Positions 40,141 through 54,764 are shown, counted from the first letter of the stretch. The stretch: 64,000 nt of DNA from Octopus vulgaris (GCA_951406725.2 OX597827.1:20398001-20462000), one strand, 5' to 3'. Made by a program: numbers and translations. The notes: generated by a model not told the origin, from the letters alone.

Positions 40141-41584
40141 TTATTATTCTTCTATTTGTTGTTATTATAGCGATAGTGTTGATGTAGCATGGCCGAATGG
40201 TTAAGAAGTTCACTTCGCAAACACGAAGTATGGGTTCAATCCGACTGTGTGACATTTTAGGCAAGTGCTTTTTTTTTTTTTTTTACTTGGGTCAAGTTAT
40301 GTAAAAGACACTTAGTGAACAAAACTGGGTCGATGAAAACTGCGCGGAAACCCGTCAATGGGTTATACCAGTAATTCATTGGTCCAGCTATGCCACACAC
40401 TGTGTAACGCTGATTCTAGTTGAGAATCATGTTAAGGCTACACCTGTCCGTGGAGTACTCGGCCACTTGTACACTAATTCAATGAACAATTCATTCGAAT
40501 GCGCGCCGCAAAAACTGACGAAGATTCATTTGCTGAATTTAATACTTGTTGTTGTTGCTGTTATTGTTGGAGATATTTGCCTTGTTGTAGTTGTTGTTGT
40601 TGTTGTTTAGTTCCTTATCAGCCATGATTAAACAGATCTAGGATCAAAGACATTATCTCGTCCTGTATATCCATCCGGTAGGATGGTATTTGAGGGAATT
40701 TCATTGCTATTTCTAGCATGCGAAGATACCACTTAAAGGCTTCCTCGTTGCTGTTGTTGTTGTTGTTGTTGTGGTGGTTATATCATTGTTGTTGTTGTTT
40801 ATTAATGTTAATGCTACTGGCTTAGATCATGATGATGGTGATGATGATGATGATGATGATGGCGAGATAGAGGAAGAGAAAGAGGAGGCTGTGAGGAATA
40901 TTAACGACTCTATTGTACACACGCCCATCCTAAATTTCCTCTTAACTTTCTTCTTATGACACCACTTCACGTTTATCTCTTAAATTAATCCCACAGAAAC
41001 TCTATTCCAACCTTCCCTTCCACTTACGACCAACACATTATGCTTATGTAAGTATGTTCGTATGTATGTATGTGTATGCGTGTGTGTAATCTGAAACATG
41101 CCCCCTCCTGGCCCCCCCCCCACCACCACCACCGCGCCTCGAGTTTCACACCCCTGTGATCCTCAGGCGACAATTGTAGTGAGAAATAGGAATCAATTTA
41201 AATAAATAATACAAGTAGACAAATATTCATATATTTTCGCTCCTCTACAGACTGAACTAAATAATGGTTAGATATAATCAACCATATGCTTTGGTGTGCA
41301 GTGCCCCAGCTTGGTCGTATTCCAATGACTAATACTACTGAAAGGACATGTGTGTGTGTGTGTGTGCACGCTTTGTATCTGCTTTGAGCTTCTTCCATTC
41401 CCTTGGCGCTCGACGCCATTAAATATTATCAATGGTTTCCGGGATGTCTAATTCTCGGTGAGGAGAGGGAGTATTTATGAAGAGAAAACCTTCCCTGTAA
41501 TTGATACCGTTCTTAGGGATTCTATTCTTTTCTCCCCCAGCATATACATACATACATACATACATACATACATACATACATACA

Positions 41585-41655
<71 letters not shown>

Positions 41656-41698
41656 ATAAATACACATATATATATGTATGTATGTATACACACACATG

Positions 41699-41734
<36 letters not shown>

Positions 41735-41749
41735 TACTCTTACTCTCCC

Positions 41750-42151
41750 TCTCTTTACTCTTTTACTTGTTTCAGTCATTTGACTATGGCCATGCTGGAG
41801 CACCGCCTTTTAGTCCATCAAATCGACCCCAGGACTTATTCTTTGTAAGCTTAGTACTTATTCTATCGGTCACTTTTGCCGAACCGCTAAGTTACGGGGG
41901 ACGTAAACACACGAGCATCGGTTGTCAAGCGATGTTGGGGGGACAAACACAGACACACAAACACACACACACATACACACATATACATATATTATGACGG
42001 GCTTCTTTCAGTTTCCGTCTACCAAATCCACTCACAAGGCTTTGGTCGGCCCGAGGCTATAGTAGAAGACATTTGCCCAAGGTGCCACGCAGTGGGATTG
42101 AACCCGGAACCATATGGTTCGTAAGCAAGCTACTTAGCACACAGCCACTCC
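41750..42151 (-). mobile_element. tRNA-derived SINE family 1
   Basis: Reverse complement of the 44415 copy. Confidence 0.9.
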
Positions 42152-42171
42152 ACTCATACATACATAAATAC

Positions 42172-42206
<35 letters not shown>

Positions 42207-42221
42207 TGTATGTATGTATAC

Positions 42222-42303
<82 letters not shown>

Positions 42304-42386
42304 TCATTTTGCAGAATTTTTTGCCACCAGCGGCCTAGTGGGAAAAAATTAAATATATATACCATATATTCAACATCACAATCATA

Positions 42387-42848
42387 TATTCACCCACTAG
42401 AAATAACACAAAGCTTTAACCGCAAAATAACATATAAACCAGAGAAAATTAAAAACATTTACCCTGTATTTCTTATACGATATATCATAATGGTAAACTA
42501 ACCTATTAAATTAAATCATTCCATGTTAGATTCCTCAGTAAGAAATGTATATTTTACGAGGCATTCGTCCTGCCTCGGCAATATCACCTAAAATTTTCAA
42601 ATATCGCACTCGCGCCAAATTTATCGGCATAAAATTATAATTTTCTGGTTGATTCCGTATCGGCGGCTTATATATATAAATATATGATTTGATTTTATAT
42701 ATTGCCGATATATATTTCTTACTGAGAATCTAGCAGGATTGCATGTTAAACAGTATATATCGTATAAGTACAGGGTAAATGTTTTTTTAATTTTCTCCTG
42801 GTTTAATAATGTTATTTTGCTTTGGCTGTTATTTCTAGTGGGTGAATA
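42387..42848. repeat. Fold-back with diverged ~130-160-bp arms
   Basis: TATTCACCCACTAGAAATAAC... vs ...GTTATTTCTAGTGGGTGAATA; arms contain CTTA-CTGAG(G/A)A...GTA-TAAG. Confidence 0.75.
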
Positions 42849-42860
42849 CTCTTCCTTGAG

Positions 42861-42909
<49 letters not shown>

Positions 42910-42970
42910 TGTATATATGTATATAAAAGCAATAATAGCTAGCGAGGTATAAACAGTAGCTGCACGACAT

Positions 42971-43157
42971 CGTGAAATGTATTTGCCACTTAAATGTGGC
43001 TAACCCTTAAAGGTGGGTGCTACTGTAGCTTGTAGCCCTAGGAAGACATCTCCTCCAGCTGGCCATTGACACACTTTCTGTGCCCTGGGGCTACAAGCTA
43101 CAGTGGCATCAACCTTAAGGGTTAGCCACATTTAAGTGGCAAATATACTTCTTCACG
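42971..43157. repeat. ~70-bp-arm hairpin related to the terminus of pLTR family A
   Basis: GTATTTGCCACTTAAATGTGGCTAACCCTTAA... inverted; resembles 16198-16300. Confidence 0.8.
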
Positions 43158-44365
43158 ATATATATGTATGTGTGCGTGTGCGTGCGTGTGTATATATATA
43201 TATATACATGCATACATACACATACACATATATATGTATATATATACACATACATGCATACATACATATATATATATACATATATATAAATATATATATA
43301 TACATATATATATATATGCTACAATTTAGAACAAACAGTAAAAGGTTGTCATTATAGTATTCGGAGTTTCGAAATTCGGAGCGAAGAGCTACGATATATT
43401 CTCGTCGGTTATTAATGGCAACTGACGCTATGAAAAACCGTCGAATAAAAGGGAACTTACTCTTATTAGAAAAAAGATAGAAAATACACGCAACCATATT
43501 CTCACAATACACGGACATAAACCTCCTGCGTTCACAACGTCTACATGCGTACACACTCACACAAACATGTATACGTACGTGCACATACACGCACACACAC
43601 AAACATATATGTTTTGCAAGAATGGTGTGAACAGCCGTAGCAACATCAACCGTGTTAATGCTTACACCTTTGACAAAAAAACAACAACACCACTAATAGT
43701 GATATACAATCCGAATAAAAGAGAAAGTTACTTCCTGAGTGATATAGGACTCATAGTGCCAGTTTTCCGGATTCTGTGGTGTATATGAGTGCTTGAAAGA
43801 AAAGATATATTTCTCAGAGAGGGTTGTAAAAATTAATAATAAACAGGATGTGTAGTCGTGAAATACCGCTCAGTTTCAGCCCTTATTTTTTTCATTCTCC
43901 CATTATCTCTCGTTCAAATCCAGTGCATATCATGATACATCAAACTATGGGTTCAGAAGAATTGCCGCAAATAATATTTCATAAAAGGGTACGGAAAAAT
44001 TATTTCCCCATTATTATCCGTGCTTATATTATTGAGGGAGTTTAATATTTATGATGACATTTATAATCTGACACTTTGAACACCCCGGATTGTAGCTCTG
44101 CTTTAGTACAACTCTACACACTTGTACACAAACATGGCGGCCGAAGTCAACACAGACGGTTGGGTTCTTAACGTCCGGTTTATCCGATAGCCCCACTTAA
44201 TGAAGTGTGTGTATATGTCTGTACGTGTGTATGTGTGCGCGCGCGTGAATGTGTGTAGCTTTTGCTGTTTTTAATTTTGAATTGTATAACTATGTTAGTC
44301 GTTGATGTAAACATCTTCCTAGAACACAGTGAAACCGCATGTGTATACTGGAAGGTCAATATTTT

Positions 44366-44414
<49 letters not shown>

Positions 44415-44416
<2 letters not shown>

Positions 44417-44812
44417 CGTAGGAGTGGATGTGTGGTAAGTAGCTTGCTTACGAACCACATGGTTCTGGGCTCAGTCCCACTGCGTGGCACCTTGGGCAAG
44501 TGCCTTCTACTATAGCCTCGGGCCGACCAAAGCCTCGTGAGTGGATCTGGTAGACGGAAACTGTAAGAAGCCCGTCGTCTATATATGTATATATATATAT
44601 ATGTATGTGTGTGTATATGTTTGTGTGTCTGTGTTTGCACCTCCCCTCCAACATCGCTTGACAACCGAATCTGGTGTGTTTACGTCCCCGTCACTTAGCG
44701 GTTCGGCAAAAGAGACCGATAGAATAAGTCATGGGGTCGATTTGTTCGACTAAAGGCGGTGCTCCAGCATGGCCACAGTCAAAATGACTGAAACAAGTAA
44801 AAGAGTAAAAGA

Positions 44813-44813
<1 letters not shown>
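44415..44813 (+). mobile_element. Near full-length tRNA-derived SINE family 1 (CORE-like segment)
   Basis: Pol III A/B-like boxes, CACCTTGGGCAAGT segment, internal microsatellite, (AAAAGAGT)n tail; many homologues in the window. Confidence 0.9.
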
Positions 44814-44868
<55 letters not shown>

Positions 44869-46628
44869 ATGGTTCATTCTGTTTGACATTCTTCTTTCGT
44901 TGCTGACCTTCTTAGAAGGGCCTCTTTTTTGCTACGATATTTCTTCTTCTAAAGCTTGCAGATGATAAAACTTCTGGCGGCCAATACTGGACTTGTTGCA
45001 GCACATTTTCTCCGACGTTTTTCAGTCAACCCTTATTCATTTCCCATCAAAGGTTTGCCGTGTATCTGTTGTACTGTCAACTTCATTCTTTCCCTTACAT
45101 CCTATGACGGTCGTCAAACGTCCAGTTGTACAACACAGCTTGTTGATATCGTCTTTTAGTTTTGTTGGCCATCCGAGTTGCTTATGTGTCTCTGTCTGTC
45201 TGTCTGTCTGTATGTATGTATGTATGTATGCATGTGTGTGTGAATGTATGGTATGTGCGTGTGTGCATGTATGCATGTATGTGTTTATGTATGTGTATGT
45301 ATGCATATGTGAATGTATGTTTATATATATATACACACATATAATTATTATTTGAGGGAATAAAATCCAAACTTACAAGGAAAAAGAATTCAATTTAGAA
45401 ATACTAGATCAAATTCCACACAATATAATATATATATAAAATATTAGAAAAAACCCCACCTTTTATCAATTCAAAATGAATAATTAAATTACACCATCTA
45501 GAAAATTACATATAATAGAAAAGTTAAAATTAAAAAAATTAAAATAACAATTAAAAAGTAAAGATTAAGTAAATTACAAGAATAATGTAATGTATATATA
45601 TAATGTATATAATATGTATATACACACATACATATATATATACATGTGTGTGTGTGTATATATACATGCATGGATGTATGCGTTTGTGTGTGTATGTATG
45701 TAAATGCAGTTGTTATATGTAAAGGAATGTGCTTTTACTCATCCGTATATTAAACAAATACGTAAAAGAAGTTGATTTAGGAGAACGTTAGGAGAGACGA
45801 TTGAAATGTCGTGTAAAAGTTGCAACACCATCAGAAAATGAAGCTGGTGTTAAACAACAATTGATATGGGGATATGGTGAGGGGGAGGAACGAAGAGGTG
45901 GAGTAGGTAGGTGAAAGTAGGGAGAAGCAATCCCTAATCATTCAGGGCCCTTCATTTTCTAGGAAGCATATATAAGCTAGAGAGCGAGAAAGACAGAGAG
46001 GGTGGGTGTCTCGTGTCATGCTACAAGGAATGCAGTGTTTTTGTTCCTGACTTTAACAGTCAATAATGGCCAAAAGCCACCGTACGGCAAAGGAAGACGG
46101 ATCGATGTTGTAGATATTACGGAAATATTAAATAACAGGCGAATATTTGTTAAGCTAAGGTAGAGAGGTGGAATAGCCCGGATGGTGGAAAGGCAGTATT
46201 AAATTGCTAGGCATCATTTAGCTTCATCTTTCTACTCAAATGGAAGAATGGTTAACCGATTCTTCTCATGCCTGTTGTGAGTCAATGGTACAAGAATCAG
46301 TCGACAATACTCCTCTCATATATATTCGGCGGCACTGTGCCGTTGATATCGCAACTACTAAGGTAGGCGCGGTGGCAGAAGTGTTAATATAGCTGGAATA
46401 TTGTATTTATAGTGTCTTTGTACATCCTGAGTTCAAATCTCACCAGAATCGCCTCTATCCTTTCCCAGGCCATACAATAAATACGAACTGAATGGAACGA
46501 GCCATGGTTGCAACAAGTGAATGGAATGAATGGAAATTTACCTCTTAGTTGGAGAAGGATCACATTAAAAATTCTCGTAGCAACTATTTGCGACTCTGAA
46601 AGAAAAGGAGAGATAATTTCCAGAAATT

Positions 46629-46834
46629 GGTTTCGCCTTTGGTTTCACGTTTTGGCATAAAGCCAGCAATTTTGGGGAAGGGGATAAGTCGACTGCTACT
46701 TATTTTACCGATCCCGAAAGGGTGAAAGACAAAGTGAACTTCGGCGGAATTTGAACTCAAAGTGCAAAGACGGATGAAATGCCGCTAAGCATTTTGCCCG
46801 ACGCGGTAACCATTCGGCCAGCTCGGCGCCCTTG
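46629..46834 (-). mobile_element. SINE family 3 with 15-bp TSD
   Basis: TSD TAATTTCCAGAAATT at 46614-46628 and 46835-46849. Confidence 0.85.
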
Positions 46835-47805
46835 TAATTTCCAGAAATTAACAATTAATTTTACAGAGCGGTGATGGTAGTGGATCCGATGTTAATCATC
46901 ATAAAATACTCTATCAATTCTACCTCAAGTGATTGGTTCATGGGTCAGTGTAAGGCATCGTTTCTGCTGTTGGCAAAAACGGCAGAGTGTCGTCGAGTGA
47001 AGAAATATTGTACTGATAGGAGGATTTCGTTTTGGCTGTTAATGTCTTGTGTTCGTATCTCACCAGAGTGGAGACTTTATATTTCAACCTCTGGGGAGTG
47101 GGTCCATAAGTGAAGTAATAGTCAAATACTGAGATCGATATAATCGATAACATTCTCACAAGAGAGAGAGAGAGAAATAACGTGAAAAGTTTTCTGCATT
47201 TCTTTGTTAACGATATTTAAGTTATTCATCACGGTGACAACAATGTTGATGTTCCTGTTGCTGCTGCTACTACTGATGATGATGATGATGATGATGATGT
47301 CATTACTTTCCTGTCCTTCCACCTGTCATTACTTTTCACTCCTTCCACCTGTCTTCCAGCACATTCCGGAAACCATGTCCTCATTCTACTTCGTCAATAT
47401 CGTTATATACACTCGCCAGACACACTCTACTTTATCAATGTTGTTATGTACACTTCCTAAAGTCAGTGCAACGCCAGAAACGGTGGAGCAGAAAATCCCT
47501 GGATCAATTAAATATTCTGCTTTAATTTGTTTCGTCCCTCTGTGTTCTGAGTTCAGATCTGGCCAGGGTGGATTTTGTACTCAGTCCTTCAGAGTGATGA
47601 TCCGAGTCAAATAAGCTCCAGTCCATCTACTTGCTTTCATTCAATCAGTTATATACTTCTTCGAATTCCCAACTCGCGAAATTTTGAAAATTTCCCACAA
47701 AACTTCCGTTATACATTACAGATTGTTGTTGTTTAACCCCATCAGTCAAATGCACACCAGCCGTGACACTCCAATACAATTTTCTGGTATATCCAAGCAT
47801 ATCTG

Positions 47806-48230
47806 GGATCTTTTCGGTTTGAACGGCAGTTTTTTCTAGCGGTGTCATATGAAATTGTCACCCATAATTATGACCCTAGTATCGATCTATTGCATTTCAA
47901 TCTGTTTTAGGGTTAGGGTTAGGGTTAAGGTTAGGGGTGGGGGAAGGGTATCTTTTTTTCTTTACAAATGTAAATAAATCCAATCTGTTTCTTAAACGAG
48001 GGACATATTCATACAGAACAGAATGGTTTTTTTTACCTCAATAGACGTCATCGATTGATTGCAGAAATTGCAGAAAAACAACAACAAATATCTTACAAAC
48101 TATAGAATTTTCTCAATAAAGCCAAGAGAAAAAGATGTTTTATAAACACATTCTACCAGTATATGAAGTTTAACATTTTTTAGTTACCTAGAAATTATGT
48201 TAAAAACTGCCGTTCAAACCGAAAAGATCC
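47806..48230 (-). mobile_element. GGATC-TIR MITE, full copy with 5 telomere-like hexamers
   Basis: TIRs; TSD CATATCTG at 47798-47805 and 48231-48238; (TTAGGG)3 TTAAGG TTAGGG at 47907-47936. Confidence 0.92.
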
Positions 48231-48397
48231 CATATCTGACACCAAATCGAGGTTCTCCCACCAGCTCAGCCATTAGAGATTTAATGAAAGAAGCGGAATA
48301 CCGTTGTTGATGTCGTTGTTGTTGTTGTTGCGTGTTTGGAATGAACGTATGAAAACAAATCAGAGCGGTTGACTCTTGTGTCTATATTTGTATAAGT

Positions 48398-48441
<44 letters not shown>

Positions 48442-48602
48442 CGTTTAAATTTGTTTACGGTAACGTTTTGAATACGCAAATAAAGTTCCTGTTACGTCTT
48501 GTTGGCCACCGTCTAATGATGCTGACTGGTGAACCATTTTTGGTGGGTTGCATCAAGTTATACCGATATAGAGTAGGATAGATATAATAATAATAATAAC
48601 AA

Positions 48603-49375
48603 TAATCCTTGGATGGAATTTATAAACATTTAATGCATCGTTACGCAAGATCCTACAAGCCACGTGACTTTTAAGATCACGGTCCGTATTCCTCGTAGTC
48701 TGTAATATCCTTGGGCATCCGGTTGGTTATCATCATCATTGATTCATTTCTTCGGGCGATATAACATTAATGGATGAACCACGGAAGGATGTTTTTGTCT
48801 TTTTATACCAGTCTGAAGATCAAAAGAGTTGTGTGGGTGTTTCTGTGGGTATTTGGTGAGGAGGAGTAGAAGGTGAAGGGAATAGAGGAAGGAATGGTAG
48901 TTATATGGGGATGGAGGTGTGTGTGGTGGTGGTGTTGGATTTATTCTTCTATTCACTCAGCAGATGTTAAGTATGGGTAGCACATTCTTTTGTTTGATTT
49001 CATTTAATGGCATGACTATCTTCCATAAATTCTCAACTCAGCGGGTGGTCAAGTGTTGCTGCTATACAAAGGGGTTTCTTGACTGAATTGGTAAATAATA
49101 CTTTCTTGTGGTGACCTTTACATTGTTTTTGTTGCTATAGTGTGTAGCATCTCAAATATTGGTCTGTTCATTTGTTTGGGTTCTTTCGCTTTTCCATAAT
49201 GTATTCTATCGCCTGAAGAAATGAATCATTGATGATGATCAACCGGATGCCCACGGATAGTACAAACTACACTGTAATCATCCCAGGAATACGGACTGTG
49301 ATCTTAAGAGTCATGCAATTTGTGGAAACGCGCGTAGCGATGCATTAACTGTTTATAAATACCATCCAAGGATTA
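48603..49375. mobile_element. Penelope-like relic with inverted pLTRs (~170-bp arms)
   Basis: 48603-48770 vs 49194-49375 reverse complement; hammerhead motif in the right arm. Confidence 0.7.
49208..49341 (+). ncRNA. Putative type I hammerhead ribozyme with canonical core and a long stem II insert
   Basis: ATCGC-CTGAAGA-(105 nt)-GAAA-CGCGC-GTA-GCGAT: 5-bp stem I, palindromic stem III ACGCGCGT, GTA triplet. Stem II pairing is unclear. Confidence 0.6.
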
Positions 49376-50069
49376 TCATTTCCTTTTATCACAGGTTTTC
49401 TTGGAACTCTTGGAGATTGCATGCATAGTGGGCTTGCTACGTGCAGCCTACCGTACCATGCTACCCGTTCTTTTCAGCTATCTAATACTTTCTTGTTATT
49501 ATTATTATTATTATTATTGCTGTTGTTGTTGAGTGAGAGAGCAATGCATATCATCAAAGTGACACTGGGGTCAAATATTCGAAACCCAGTATACCCATCA
49601 TAACAACCCGTCTGATAAGGGTACACCAGGCACATGCATCACAACCATATTTGCGCGACATGATGGTCTCATGTCAAGATAAACAGCACATGACCTTGCA
49701 GGTGGGGCCCAATTAGAATTTTTTTCTGGTCGAGTAATCCATCCCGCTCAACGAGTCCCTGAATAAGGGTTGTTTAAGGATGTTGAACGAAGCACCCATG
49801 TCTCCAGAGGTGAATTATTCAAACCCCAAAGAATTCCTCTCAACACATGGCTATGGTGTTCCGCCACTACTTCTGCCCATGATCAGAGATGCACAAATCG
49901 TCAGTCACTAAGGGGCATGCTCAACAAGTTACGGTCAAACAACCGACAAGCAAATCTGTGATATTGAGCAGAATATTTGCTGTAGCCCATCTTTTATACC
50001 AAGACAAAACAATGTATATGATACCACTCCCAATCAGTTAAGATCAGAAGCCACGAGAGCCACTGCCTG

Positions 50070-50120
<51 letters not shown>

Positions 50121-50172
50121 ATTATTCATTATTATATATACAGCACACCAACATGCATTTTCCACACACAAC

Positions 50173-50232
<60 letters not shown>

Positions 50233-50820
50233 ATGCAAGTATGAAAACATAATAAGCGAATGCGATGCCATTGCAACGTTGTTCCTGTGTCGCTGTATTG
50301 TTTTGCTGTTACTGGTGCTGAGTGGGATTTTGAAGTGTTTTGTGGGGGTCGTGAGAACATTGGTGTAACATAAGCAGAGCCACAGACAACCAATCAGACA
50401 AGACGGGCTTCTTTACACGTTGCTAAGAGATTTCAGACGGTTGTAGCGGAAGAGATAAGAAATCGTATGTTTCCACATATATGTTAAGGGTGGTGGGAGG
50501 GGAAGTTTCTGTACTCTTGCATATGAATGTGTGTATGTATGTGTGTGTGTGTGTGTGTGTTTATATTTTCTGTTTGTTTGCTGATAGCATGATCTTGCTG
50601 ACCTCTGATCAAAGGTATTCTGGTCGTAATCATCTTATTTATTTTCAGGCAAAGTGTATCTAGGAGTATATTGGCCAGTGTATCCTTTTTTTTTTTTTTT
50701 ATTCATAAAGACAGTAGGATGCTATTTGGAGAGTATTCAGCTCCGATTTTAGCAGGTCGACTGATCACGTGGAGGCTCATAGCTACATTTATGTTCATTG
50801 TATCAAATTGTGTTTTCATG

Positions 50821-50912
<92 letters not shown>

Positions 50913-51765
50913 CGTGCAGTGTGTGTATAGTGTGCGTGCGGTGTGTGTGTGTGCAAATGTGGATTTGGTTTAAGCAAGCCGGGTTCTACTCGAAAGAGGC
51001 AAAATACTGATTAAGCCAGTGAGAGAGAAGGGTTGGAGCCATGTTAGCTTGAGATCGATGCGACAACAGCCAGATCTTGATCTCTGCGGGGAAACATGTG
51101 AACTCCGAGTGTTCGTAGAGCTGGAGGCAAAAGGATTGTGTGGGAATTTTGGTGGGTGAGAAACAGTTGAGGTAACAGTTATGAATATCAATGAATAACC
51201 AATGAAATAACAGTCATTTTATTGTCGTCATTGGTTCCTGATTTTGTAAATAAATAATGTGCAGAATATCCACAATCCCTCCACGTATTTGAGATCTACT
51301 GCAGAGGTTATATTTAGCTCTGTAATCTAACGACAACACTAGAGTCAGCCAGAGAGCCGCTAAGTGGTTGTCATCAAGTAAATTTCCTTCAAACCACTGG
51401 AAATATGACAATGCTAGAATGCTCACGCTGCACTAATATCTGATGAGGTCGTGGCAGCGGGGAGATCCGTGGATAATCGAGCCAATCAGTAGAGATGGCG
51501 ACGAGCCAGCCACTGCGTCTGATGTTCGTATCCTATTTCTGGCACTACATTATATCTATGGACAAAAGCATTTAACTCCGTACGGCTAAGACCACATATG
51601 TGTATGTAAACAGGCACCAAAAGTAGAGTGGCTGAGAGATGTATGAAACTTGCAGTATTATGTTGAGCTTGTTCTGTGATCGTGGGTCACGACAGAAGTG
51701 TATCCAACTCGGCTTTGATAAATGGGACTCGAACATAAATAGCAGCTGTACATTGTCTATTATTG

Positions 51766-51983
51766 TATCTTTTCTACTCAAGGCACAATGCCCGAAATTT
51801 TTGGGGAGGGGACCAGTAGATTAGATCGACTTCAGTACGCAACTGGTACTTAATTTATCGACTCCGAAAGGATGAAAGGCAAAGTCAACCTCGACGGAAT
51901 TTGAACTCAGAACGTAAAGACAAACGAAATACCGCTAAACATTAAGCCCGTCGTGCTAACGTTTCTGCCAGCTAGCCTTCTTC
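51766..51983 (-). mobile_element. SINE family 3 with 12-bp TSD
   Basis: TSD TGTCTATTATTG at 51754-51765 and 51984-51995. Confidence 0.85.
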
Positions 51984-52349
51984 TGTCTATTATTGAATGA
52001 GAACTTCCAGACATTAAGAGCGACGTTTTAGTGTTTATTATTACTATTATTCGACTTTGCCTTTCATTCTTTTGTGGTCGATGAAATAAGTACCAGTTGT
52101 AGACTGGGGTCGTTGTGATCGACTAGCCCATCCCCCTAGAAAAATATGCCTCTTGTAGAAAGGATCATCATCATCATCATCATCATCACCATCATCATTT
52201 GATGAACATTCTCAGCTAATTTTGCTAGGTATGGCTGCCAGTAGATTAAGGAGACACTTTATAACTGGCCATGCTTCAACAACCCTGCGAAGGACTGTTG
52301 CAGTCCCAAGCGATGCTGATTTTTGTAGGTGTTCTTATCTTTGCATTTG

Positions 52350-52985
52350 TACCAGTCTTTTTCAGCCTTGTTGGTAGCTGAGTGCTGATACTTCCAAGTG
52401 CACCAATTACTATTGGCATCATGTCTGCTCTCCTCATTGAACACAACCTTCTTATTTCCCCACTTCAAATTTTCCTAGTTGTTCAGTTTTTCTTTTTTCT
52501 CTTTGATCCCGTTGTCACCGGGACAGGCTATGTCGATTATCATGTAGGTTCCTCCTTTTTTTATTCACTACAACAATGTCCGGTACCCGATGTCTGGTCA
52601 GGTGACCACACTGAATCATTGCATCCCACAGGATTTTGCAATCTTCATTCTCGGTGACTCCTTCTGGGGTTTTATCATACCACGTCTTTGCTCTTTGCAG
52701 GCCATGATTTCCACAGACCTCTCAATGGATCATTCTTGCCACATTGTCATGGTTTCGTTTGTATTCGCGTTGAGCTAATTTCGAGCATTTGCTAACGATG
52801 TGCCATACCGTTTCACCCCTCGCGACCACACATTCTGCATTTATCGCCGTCGGTAATGTTGTCTATTCTGCTCTTCACATAGTTAGTTCTTAACGATTGT
52901 TCTTGTGCTGTGCATATGAGTGCTTTTGTCTCTATCTTCAGGTCACTCTTCCTCATCCATAGCCACCAGTCTTCTGTGTCTGTCT
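52350..52985 (-). pseudogene. R4/Dong-clade (restriction-like endonuclease) LINE C-terminal relic
   Basis: LKIETKALICTAQEQSLRTNY..KCRMCG..ETVWHIVSKC..LAQREYKRNHDNVA, followed by IIDIACPGD and PIVIGALG motifs with disablements. Confidence 0.75.
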
Positions 52986-53166
52986 TGGCGAAATGCTTAG
53001 CGGTATTTCGTCTGCCACTACGTTCTAAGTTCAAATTCCGTCGAGGTCGACTTTGCCTTTCATCCTTTCGACGTCGATAAATTAAGTACCAGTTGAATAC
53101 TGGGGTCGATGTAATCGACTTATCCCTTCCCCCAAAATTTCAGGCCTTGTGCCTACAGTAGAAAGG

Positions 53167-53209
<43 letters not shown>

Positions 53210-53418
53210 TAAGATGGTGGCGAGTCAGCAGAATCGTTAGCACGCGGGGCAAAATGCTTAGGAGCATTTCGTTTGCCTTTACGGCCTGGGTTCAAATTCC
53301 GCCGAGGTTGACTTTACCTTTCATCTTTTCGGAGCCGATGTACGCGGGGTTCAATATAATCGACTGGTCCCCTCCCATAAAAAAATTTCAGACCTTATGC
53401 CTATAGTAGAAAGGATTA
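52986..53418 (+). mobile_element. Two tandem SINE family 3 copies separated by (TTA)n
   Basis: Same central domain as the 59796 copy; both end GTAGAAAGGATTAT. Confidence 0.8.
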
Positions 53419-53583
53419 TCACATCACCATCGTCATCTTTGATGTCAAGCTAGTTAATTGCAGTAAATTTTCTCTTGTATTCCCAGGAGTTTTAAGAGAC
53501 TTTAAAGATTGGCCTTCCATCAATTTATTTAGAAGTAGATGGATAGAAATTCATTCTGTCAAACAAAATTAATCCTGTGGAAT

Positions 53584-53684
<101 letters not shown>

Positions 53685-53833
53685 GTAAGTTGTTGACTTG
53701 GTTCATGCGCCTTTGAGTGTTCTCGTTTTTCATCCCGCAAGGTGTCCAAAAACCATCCTACAGACCAAGTTTGGCGCTGTTGCCGCATGTGTGTGTATGT
53801 ATGTTTGTATGTTTTATACACACATGTACATGT

Positions 53834-53877
<44 letters not shown>

Positions 53878-54704
53878 AAGTAAATACAAATAAATAGTAC
53901 ATACACCTCTAATTTCTCACTCCATGTGTCGTAGTTACATCCGTATTACTTACATTTCGCTGATTCATTTCACTTTGTGCTACATTTATACGGAATTTGA
54001 AATAAATACCAGTGTTATATCCGGGTCGTTGCATAACGATATGTGATTTGTTAGTGTGTAACGTTAAGTACGACTCCATAGCTGGGAAATGGGCCGTGTT
54101 TATGAGTTCGATTTACCCCAAATACATTGAGAATAAATGTCTTCACTGGTGACCCAAACACCCAGCGGGTTAAGGGTGGAATTTCTGTAGAAACCCTACA
54201 CCCACTCGTGCAGAAAAAGCACAAACATATTTACTAATAATGAGATATGGGTTGATAAATCCGAAACTGTGTTTATTTGAATGAATAAACTTTTTCAGGC
54301 TGGTGGAAATGATTACAGCCGACAGGGAACAGTTTAAATACGGCCAACACTGAAGTATTATTGAAGAAAAGTAAATCTCTTAGACTTTTCTTCCTCCAGT
54401 AGTGAACAGCAGCTTTGTCCTTCATTTCTTCCTCTGCGTTTTCAAAGTTGGTTTTATCAATGTACATTATTTTGCTACAATGTGTCATTATTTGTCTATG
54501 TTTATCTGTTATGTGTATCTATATCTGATAATCTGCTTCTTCTGGTGCGCGTGTGCGTGTGCAAGGGTGTCTTCTGTTTGACTGTTTGCCGCTTATCACA
54601 TGTGTAATATTTGCCTCAGTTACAAAATATACATCACTGTTATATTTGTCTGCACACACATTGTTGGAATCCACATCTGTAACGTCAGTGGGTGTTTACA
54701 CACA

Positions 54705-54764
<60 letters not shown>

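Noticed and set aside
47907-47936. Chromosome-fusion telomere relic
   Set aside because: The hexamers are internal to a TSD-flanked MITE and recur in its other copies.
51440-51540. CTGATGA followed by a GC-rich stem (hammerhead candidate)
   Set aside because: No downstream GAAA, NUH triplet or stem I complement found.
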